From: Chara braunii
Taxonomy: Eukaryota > Plantae > Charophyceae
Reading direction: 5' to 3'
Length of the DNA stretch: 64,000 bases
Assembly (NCBI GenBank): GCA_003427395.1
Contig: BFEA01000021.1
Location: 2,424,510 to 2,488,509 of the forward strand
The notes beneath the pieces were generated by a model. That model was not told the DNA's origin. It saw nothing but the letters and a program-made list of their open reading frames with translations, and made no database searches. A program made the position numbers and the translations under genes. The stretch's first letter is position 1, and each line of letters begins with the position of its first letter. Below are positions 61,446-64,000 of the stretch, in pieces.

Positions 61446-62588
61446 TGCCAGCTTGAGTGCATTGCATGTGGTGTGTGGGAGAGCGTTGGCCTTAGACACT
61501 GCTGTTGCTTGATGGGGTTGGGGGAAGATGAAAAGGGACGAGCAGCTACTAGCAAATGTTCGGTCCTTCCTTTTTTTTTTCTTTTTTTTTTTTTCAAGTC
61601 CAGGGTGTTGTAGAGGCCAGTTACTAGGCACACATTGATAGCCGGAAGCGGTCAGCCGTGGTGGCTCTGAGGAGGCGAGGCCACCACCCATCCCATCCTC
61701 ACGTCAATACTCCTAGCGCATCCCCTATTCCTACTATCCTACCTCAGTGTGACCAGAGGGTTGGGTTTTCCGTCGGGGCAGAGGTCTTGCATTGGCCATT
61801 CCTGCCACTGGACCTTTTCCCAACGCCTGAACCTAAGCTGGGTAATAGTCCCAGTATTTGCCTTCCGGGTTGTTTGTGGAGGGATTCCCGGCCTCCCCCT
61901 TTTTTTCCATATAAGGAAAAGTGCTTTTTCGAGAAAAAAAAAGAAGAAGTTTGGTCCTTGTGTTAGCTGGGCCCCCACCAGTGCCCCCAACCTTGCACCC
62001 TAAACCACTAGGGTATGGGTGTCTTACCTTGATTTCTGCCTCTCTCATTCTTCTTTTTCGGTTTTGCTAAGTGTTTTTCTATGGTAGGCTGAACACTGTT
62101 TCCACCAGATACAGATCCCAGGTCCCACAACAATGAAGATTGGCTTTGATGCCGAAAATGTCGATGGGTTAGAGGAGAGGTGCAGAGACATGCGATTGAT
62201 CTGTTTTTCTGCATCTCTGCATTAAAACGGCCAGTGCCTTCCCCCCCTACAAAAGAACTACAGCTGTGAATGGTTGGTTAACACGGAGGCTGCAAGGTAC
62301 TGGTGGCAGCGGCCAGATACATCGGCCGAGCTTGGCGCGCAGGGCCCAGGGCTGATGTATGAGAAAGGTACTGGCGGTTTAAAGAAGTTCAGATCCTGGC
62401 TCTTAATCCAACCCTCTTTGCTAATGGGGCCTCGCCCCAGGTGCAGCTCCTCACTAATAGATTGGAGCGTTGTTGCTTTTTTCCCCTCTTCTTTTAAGGC
62501 TATTTCTTTTCAATTACCTGCGAATCTGGGACAGGACAGCCTTTCAAGCCTTTTTTCTAAATGTCATTATAGTATTTTTATTCTTACA

Positions 62589-62917
62589 GGGAACCCCATA
62601 GCAGCCACATCCATGTTCAAGCCTCCAACCAGGGAACGTGCCTCAGCTGCACCCACCAGCAGGTGCGATACCCAATAAAGCAGGTGGGCTATACCAGCAA
62701 GGGGTCAGGTGGTTGCATCAGGACCGAGCTTGTCAATGCCAGCCAGGTCCAGCGGGTAGCATCAGGACCGAGCTAGTCGTTATCGTATTAGGGGGAACCC
62801 CTTAGCAGCCACATCCGAGTTCATGCCTCCAACGAGCTGAGGGAACATGCGGGAGCTGCACCCACCAGCAGGTGGGATACCTGATACAGCAGGTGGGCGA
62901 CACCGGGCAGGGGTCAG
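62589..62917. repeat. Direct duplication with a period of about 200 bp
   Basis: GGGAACCCC.TAGCAGCCACATCC...GCTGCACCCACCAGCAGGTG.GATACC occurs at 62589 and 62793. Confidence 0.7.
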
Positions 62918-63060
62918 CCGGGCTTCTTCGATGGGCCACTCTGGTTCCCTATCCCTATGAACATCTGATTCAGCAGTCTCTGCTCAATGCCGCATGGGGG
63001 GAACAACGGTCAATCTCTAGGTGGCAGGGGGCCACGCTTGCCCAGGAAGGGTGTATGAGG

Positions 63061-63127
63061 CCAATGGGGATTTGAACCCAAGACCTCCTGAAAGCCACTT
63101 GCATGCCTTACCAACTGGGGCAGGCTG
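63061..63127 (-). other. Degenerate tRNA-like / SINE head
   Basis: Minus strand CAGTTGGTAAGGC...GGGTTCAAATCCCC resembles A and B boxes. Confidence 0.4.
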
Positions 63128-63137
63128 CTGGATCTTT

Positions 63138-63231
<94 letters not shown>

Positions 63232-63836
63232 NNNNNNNNNNNNNNNNNNNNNNNNNNNNNNNNNNNNNNNNNNNNNNNNNNNNNNNNNNNNNNNNNNNNN
63301 NNNNNNNNNNNNNNNNNNNNNNNNNNNNNNNNNNNNNNNNNNNNNNNNNNNNNNNNNNNNNNNNNNNNNNNNNNNNNNNNNNNNNNNNNNNNNNNNNNNN
63401 NNNNNNNNNNNNNNNNNNNNNNNNNNNNNNNNNNNNNNNNNNNNNNNNNNNNNNNNNNNNNNNNNNNNNNNNNNNNNNNNNNNNNNNNNNNNNNNNNNNN
63501 NNNNNNNNNNNNNNNNNNNNNNNNNNNNNNNNNNNNNNNNNNNNNNNNNNNNNNNNNNNNNNNNNNNNNNNNNNNNNNNNNNNNNNNNNNNNNNNNNNNN
63601 NNNNNNNNNNNNNNNNNNNNNNNNNNNNNNNNNNNNNNNNNNNNNNNNNNNNNNNNNNNNNNNNNNNNNNNNNNNNNNNNNNNNNNNNNNNNNNNNNNNN
63701 NNNNNNNNNNNNNNNNNNNNNNNNNNNNNNNNNNNNNNNNNNNNNNNNNNNNNNNNNNNNNNNNNNNNNNNNNNNNNNNNNNNNNNNNNNNNNNNNNNNN
63801 NNNNNNNNNNNNNNNNNNNNNNNNNNNNNNNNNNNN

Positions 63837-63925
<89 letters not shown>

Positions 63926-64000
63926 GTGCCTGTGTGTGTGTATGTGTGTTGCATATTGCAGACATAGCGTACTGCACTATGCCTCCGTACACAGTGCAGC

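Overview
Repeat-rich eukaryotic genomic DNA with several N gaps. Plant-type U2/U6 sequences, very large TE-filled introns and the repeat style suggest a streptophyte such as the charophyte Chara; this is inference only. One host gene is supported: a three-exon minus-strand peroxiredoxin-like (PRXL2B/FAM213B-type, RRFGCxxCR) gene with introns of about 22.9 kb and 2.7 kb and a G-box-rich tandem array upstream. The window holds two full-length but decayed L1/Tx1-like LINEs (about 9.9 and 9.7 kb, each with a poly(A) tail and a TSD), a decayed chromodomain Ty3/gypsy element, several MITE families, minisatellites and two Nextera mate-pair junction artefacts. The most notable signals are RNA-level. 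(1) A U6-snRNA-derived SINE-like family: four full copies and one fragment, with poly(A) tails and TSDs, all full copies sharing two 4-nt insertions. (2) An intact type III hammerhead ribozyme belonging to a microsatellite-associated short repeat family. (3) A minimal type I hammerhead directly downstream of a tandem U6 triplet. (4) A conserved hairpin plus pseudoknot motif in the LINE 3' UTRs, present in about nine copies. All structures were read by eye and no searches were run.
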